Below, one piece after another: positions 60,536-64,000 of a DNA stretch of 64,000 nucleotides. This DNA comes from Ignavibacteriota bacterium (GTDB taxonomy: Bacteria; Bacteroidota; Ignavibacteria; UBA10030; CAVZMI01), in the NCBI GenBank assembly GCA_963776275.1, contig CAVZMI010000007.1, positions 1 through 64,000 of the forward strand, read 5' to 3'. Position 1 is the first letter of the stretch; the number at the start of each line of letters is the position of its first letter. The translations under genes and the position numbers were made by a program. The notes below the pieces were generated by a model, which saw nothing but the letters and a program-made list of their open reading frames with translations, ran no database searches and was not told the origin of the DNA.

Positions 60536-61087
60536 TTATAAACCCAGATCATCTGCAGTTGATTTCATCGCATCCAGGACAAATTGTATATGTTCATCGA
60601 GGGGGATTTGAAATTCCTGCGCCCCGTTTATGATGTCATCCCGGCTCACATTGCGTGCAAAGGCCTTGTCTTTCATTTTCTTTTTGATGGAACTCAATTC
60701 GACTTCCGCTATTTTTTTATTCGGACGTACAAGTGCAACGGCTGTGATGAATCCTGCAAGTTCATCGCACGCAAACAGCGCCCGTGCAAGCCGTGTATCA
60801 CGCGGAACGTTTGTATAATGAGCGTGTCCGAGTATTGCATTCCGGATTTCCTCCGGATATCCGCGTTCTTTCAGAATCTCCGACCCTTTAATCGGATGCC
60901 CGGGAATGGTCGGATACATCTCATAATCAAAATCATGTAGCAATCCGGTCATACCCCATGTCTCTTCCGACTCACCATATTTCCGTGCATAGGCCCGCAT
61001 CGCCGCTTCGACGGCAAAAGCATGTTTCCGGAGATTTTCGTTCTTTGTATATTCGAAAAGCAAATCCAGTGCATCCTGTCGATTCAT
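60536..61087 (-). CDS. HD-domain (HDIG) phosphohydrolase
   Basis: LRKH..AVE, GLLHDFDYE and ACDELAG motifs. Confidence 0.88.
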   Translation of the reverse strand: MNRQDALDLLFEYTKNENLRKHAFAVEAAMRAYARKYGESEETWGMTGLLHDFDYEMYPTIPGHPIKGSEILKERGYPEEIRNAILGHAHYTNVPRDTRLARALFACDELAGFITAVALVRPNKKIAEVELSSIKKKMKDKAFARNVSRDDIINGAQEFQIPLDEHIQFVLDAMKSTADDLGL

Positions 61088-61092
61088 AGTAA

Positions 61093-61293
61093 TTAATTCT
61101 TCTTGTCTGTAATATCCGTAAACTCGGCGTCCTTGATATCGTCAAACCTCTGCTGTTCTTGCCGGTTCGACGGCGGTTTTGCCTGACGCCGTAACTGATG
61201 CCCTCCAAATGTGGCGATGATACCTCTGAGAATGATATTGACGATAAACCATGCCAGAATAATCCCTACAAGTAAAAATAAAAATCTGAACAT
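61093..61293 (-). CDS. Small membrane protein
   Basis: N-terminal TM helix and IKDAEFTDI tail. Confidence 0.6.
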   Translation of the reverse strand: MFRFLFLLVGIILAWFIVNIILRGIIATFGGHQLRRQAKPPSNRQEQQRFDDIKDAEFTDITDKKN

Positions 61294-61306
61294 TGCAGCC
61301 GCTTCT

Positions 61307-61960
61307 CTATTGTTTGATCGGATTATAGTATTCCACCGGGGCCCTTGTCGGGCGCTGGATTTCCTTAAGGAGATTTTCAAAATCCTCCGGATTATTCACA
61401 AAATCGATCTGTGTCGTGTTTACAATGAGCAAGGGCGAAGATTTGTAACGAAAAAAGAAATAGTTATATGCTTCATTCAGATCGTGAATATACTCCGCCG
61501 AAATGTTCACCTCGATTTTCCGTCCGCGCTTCCTAATATTCGTCATGAGCCGATCGTTGCTGGACTGGAGATAAACCACCAGATCAGGATTCGGGATATT
61601 TTTCTCGATCGAGGACATCAGTGTTTCATAAAGCTTCAACTCTTCATCCTGCAGGTTCAGATATGCAAATATCTTATCCTTTTCGAATATATAATCGGTA
61701 ATCAAATACTTATGGAATAGATCGGCCTGGAACAACTCCTGCTGCTGCCGGTATCTATTTAAAAGAAAAAATATCTGCGTTTGAAAAGCGTATCGCTCGG
61801 GATCTTCATAAAATTTTCCGAGGAATGGATTCTCTTCAAACCGTTCGAGAACAACCTTTGCGTTCAGGCGTTCGCCGAGCATTTGTGCAAGAGTAGTTTT
61901 TCCCGCACCGATGACGCCATCAATGGCAATATACCGTACTTCAGATTCGGCTTTCTGCAA
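61307..61960 (-). CDS. Deoxynucleoside kinase
   Basis: DGVIGAGKTT, NPFL.KFY and FQTQIFFLLNRY motifs. Confidence 0.9.
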   Translation of the reverse strand: MQKAESEVRYIAIDGVIGAGKTTLAQMLGERLNAKVVLERFEENPFLGKFYEDPERYAFQTQIFFLLNRYRQQQELFQADLFHKYLITDYIFEKDKIFAYLNLQDEELKLYETLMSSIEKNIPNPDLVVYLQSSNDRLMTNIRKRGRKIEVNISAEYIHDLNEAYNYFFFRYKSSPLLIVNTTQIDFVNNPEDFENLLKEIQRPTRAPVEYYNPIKQ

Positions 61961-61979
61961 ACATGCTCCACTTAGTGAA

Positions 61980-62483
61980 TCATTCCATGAGAAGTGCCAG
62001 AGGGTATCTCACGATACGTTCCGTCGAAGAACAGCCGGCCAGAATCGCATCCAACGTTTTATGTTCGATGGGATGAACGACCGCCGGATCAAGCTCAACC
62101 AATGGCACCAACACGAACTTACGTTCCATCATGTGCGGATGAGGTATCGTCAGCTCATCCAATATAACTACTACATCATCATACAACAAAATATCAAGAT
62201 CAATCGTCCGCGGAGCCCACCGGGTTGCATCCGTCCGCCCGAGGTCGTTCTCGATTTTTTTCAACTTTTTCAACAATTCCCCGGGATCAAGGGCTGTTGA
62301 TAGTTCCATCACCGCATTCAGGAACTGGGGCTGATCATACATCCCGACGGGCGAGGTTTCATATACCGACGATGATCGTACGACCGTCGTCAGCGTTATC
62401 ATCCGGCATGCATCAAGAGCTTTCTGCAACTGAGAACTTCGATCGCCGAGATTCGAGCCCATGCCTACAAACGCCCGGGCCAT
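61980..62483 (-). CDS. folK: 2-amino-4-hydroxy-6-hydroxymethyldihydropteridine diphosphokinase
   Basis: GSNLG, FLNAV, PRTIDLDIL and PHP..ERKFVL.P motifs. Confidence 0.95.
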   Translation of the reverse strand: MARAFVGMGSNLGDRSSQLQKALDACRMITLTTVVRSSSVYETSPVGMYDQPQFLNAVMELSTALDPGELLKKLKKIENDLGRTDATRWAPRTIDLDILLYDDVVVILDELTIPHPHMMERKFVLVPLVELDPAVVHPIEHKTLDAILAGCSSTERIVRYPLALLME

Positions 62484-62858
62484 TACATACCCCGCTCTTG
62501 AACGATCTCCGCCTCGACAGAATCCACGACACCTTTGACGGGCGGATTATGTTTCCGGACCCGTACCACTACACGCTGGACTTTTAAAAATTCCTGTAAT
62601 ATTCCTTTTGCGATCCGCGTTCCAAGCGCTTCAATCAGATAAAATTTTTGATCGACAACAAGGTCCTTTCATTTTCTGATAGACCTTCGCGTAATCGACG
62701 GTTCGCATCAGACTATCGGTTTCTTCGGCTTCCTGTAAATTACAGTACAAATCAACGTCGACTTCAAATTTGCCACCAAGGTTCTGCTCATCACTCATTA
62801 CACCATGGTATGCATAAAAAACCGCATTTTTTATCCTGATAACATCGAGTTTTCCCAT
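62483..62858 (-). CDS. folB: Dihydroneopterin aldolase (frameshift near 62665)
   Basis: FYAYHGV..EQ..G and TVDYA; the continuation FYLIEAL...RVRKHNPPV lies in another frame. Confidence 0.85.
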
Positions 62859-62952
62859 TGGCTGCCGCTATAATGATACATTATGAAAATATAGAGAATT
62901 CCTTGCGCTGATGCAATATCCTTCTTGCTTCCGGTATTCAAGAACGACCGAT

Positions 62953-64000
62953 TCAGGACTTTTCTATCTTTGCCCAGGTATCCCGCAATGTGACTGCTCG
63001 ATTAAATACAAGTGCGCCTTCCTTCGAATCATCATCCACACAGAAATAGCCGAGCCGCTCGAACTGAAAGCGATCCTGCGGCTTCGCCGACACCAAACCC
63101 GGTTCGACTTTACAGTGTTTTAGAATGTTGAGTGAATCAGAATTGACAAGATCTCTCCAGTTATCACCGCCGGGATCTTCAACACTAAAGAGCCTATCGT
63201 AGACGCGAACTTCCGCATCTGCAGCATGCATCGCAGACACCCAATGAATTGTTCCCTTCACCTTCCGTGCACTCTGGGGGGAACCGCTCCGTGTCTCAGG
63301 ATCATATGTGCATCGCAGTTCGATGATATTGCCCGTTTTGTCATCCCTTATAACACCGACACATTTGATAATGTAGGCGTACCGCAATCGGACTTCGATA
63401 CCGGGTGAAAGCCGGAAGTACTTCTTCGGCGGATTTTCCCTGAAATCGTCCTGTTCGATGTATAGGACTCTGGAGAATGGAATCTTTCGTCTGCCCATTG
63501 CGGGATCTTCCGGATTATTCACCGCATCGAGCTCTTCGACGACTCCATCGGGATAATTCTCAATGACCAGTTTCAGTGGATGCAGAACCGCCATGACCCG
63601 TGCCGCACGTTTGTTCAAATCATCCCGCAAACAATCTTCGAGTAACGCAATATCAATCGTGCTCTCGCTTTTTGAAACTCCGATGCGTTCAGCAAACAAG
63701 CGGACAGATTCAGGCGTATACCCACGACGGCGCAGACCGGAAATCGTCGGCATACGAGGATCATCCCAACCCTGAACATAACCTTCCTCGGCAAGCTGTA
63801 AGAGTTTCCGTTTGCTCATCACGGTATATGTGAGGTTAAGACGCGCGAACTCTATCTGCTGCGGATGATAGATCCCCAATTCATCAATAAACCAATCGTA
63901 CAGCGGCCGATGATCTTCAAACTCAAGCGTACAGATCGAATGAGTTATTCTCTCGATTGAATCAGATTGGCCATGTGCCCAGTCGTACATCGGATAAATA
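62953..64000 (-). CDS. glnS: Glutamine--tRNA ligase (5' end outside the window)
   Basis: [28 protein letters not shown] and QFERLGYF motifs. Confidence 0.96.
   Translation of the reverse strand, partial: IYPMYDWAHGQSDSIERITHSICTLEFEDHRPLYDWFIDELGIYHPQQIEFARLNLTYTVMSKRKLLQLAEEGYVQGWDDPRMPTISGLRRRGYTPESVRLFAERIGVSKSESTIDIALLEDCLRDDLNKRAARVMAVLHPLKLVIENYPDGVVEELDAVNNPEDPAMGRRKIPFSRVLYIEQDDFRENPPKKYFRLSPGIEVRLRYAYIIKCVGVIRDDKTGNIIELRCTYDPETRSGSPQSARKVKGTIHWVSAMHAADAEVRVYDRLFSVEDPGGDNWRDLVNSDSLNILKHCKVEPGLVSAKPQDRFQFERLGYFCVDDDSKEGALVFNRAVTLRDTWAKIEKS

Noticed and set aside
1-64000. tRNA/rRNA genes and the many short antisense ORFs
   Set aside because: No tRNA cloverleaf or rRNA signature was seen. 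The short ORFs are shadows of longer, motif-bearing genes.

Overview
The window looks like an Ignavibacteriota/Bacteroidota-type chromosome; this taxonomy is inferred from repeated T9SS C-terminal sorting domains ('QNYPNPFNP...YFYRL') and from gene content. Housekeeping genes lie mainly on the minus strand at both ends. Left: queG, ferredoxin, metH, a TonB receptor, rdgB, radA. Right: fadF-etfA-etfB, nuoA, argH, deoxynucleoside kinase, folK, folB, glnS. Between radA and fadF (~10.6-47.4 kb) is a ~37 kb accessory island of nearly all plus-strand genes with very mixed base composition. Its spacers reveal an integron-like gene-cassette array with no integrase in the window. (i) There are about 8-10 attC-like palindromes with a consistent non-canonical geometry (AAC-A-stem ... 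stem-N4-GTT). (ii) Individual cassettes are bounded by their own 15-24 bp inverted repeats. (iii) Five copies of one TTGCAT-N17-TACGTT promoter occur, several inside repeated 'promoter + attI-like' modules. Cargo includes probable anti-phage genes (HNH-TPR, TPR-HEPN, a type II R-M pair) and many T9SS-secreted enzymes. One attC-like site is split by an IS1111-type IS110 element. Its downstream non-coding region contains a bridge-RNA-like target loop whose guides match the insertion site, and its joined ends create a sigma70 promoter. Several conserved genes carry single-base frameshifts, most likely sequencing or assembly indels. All calls come from reading the sequence; no database searches were run.
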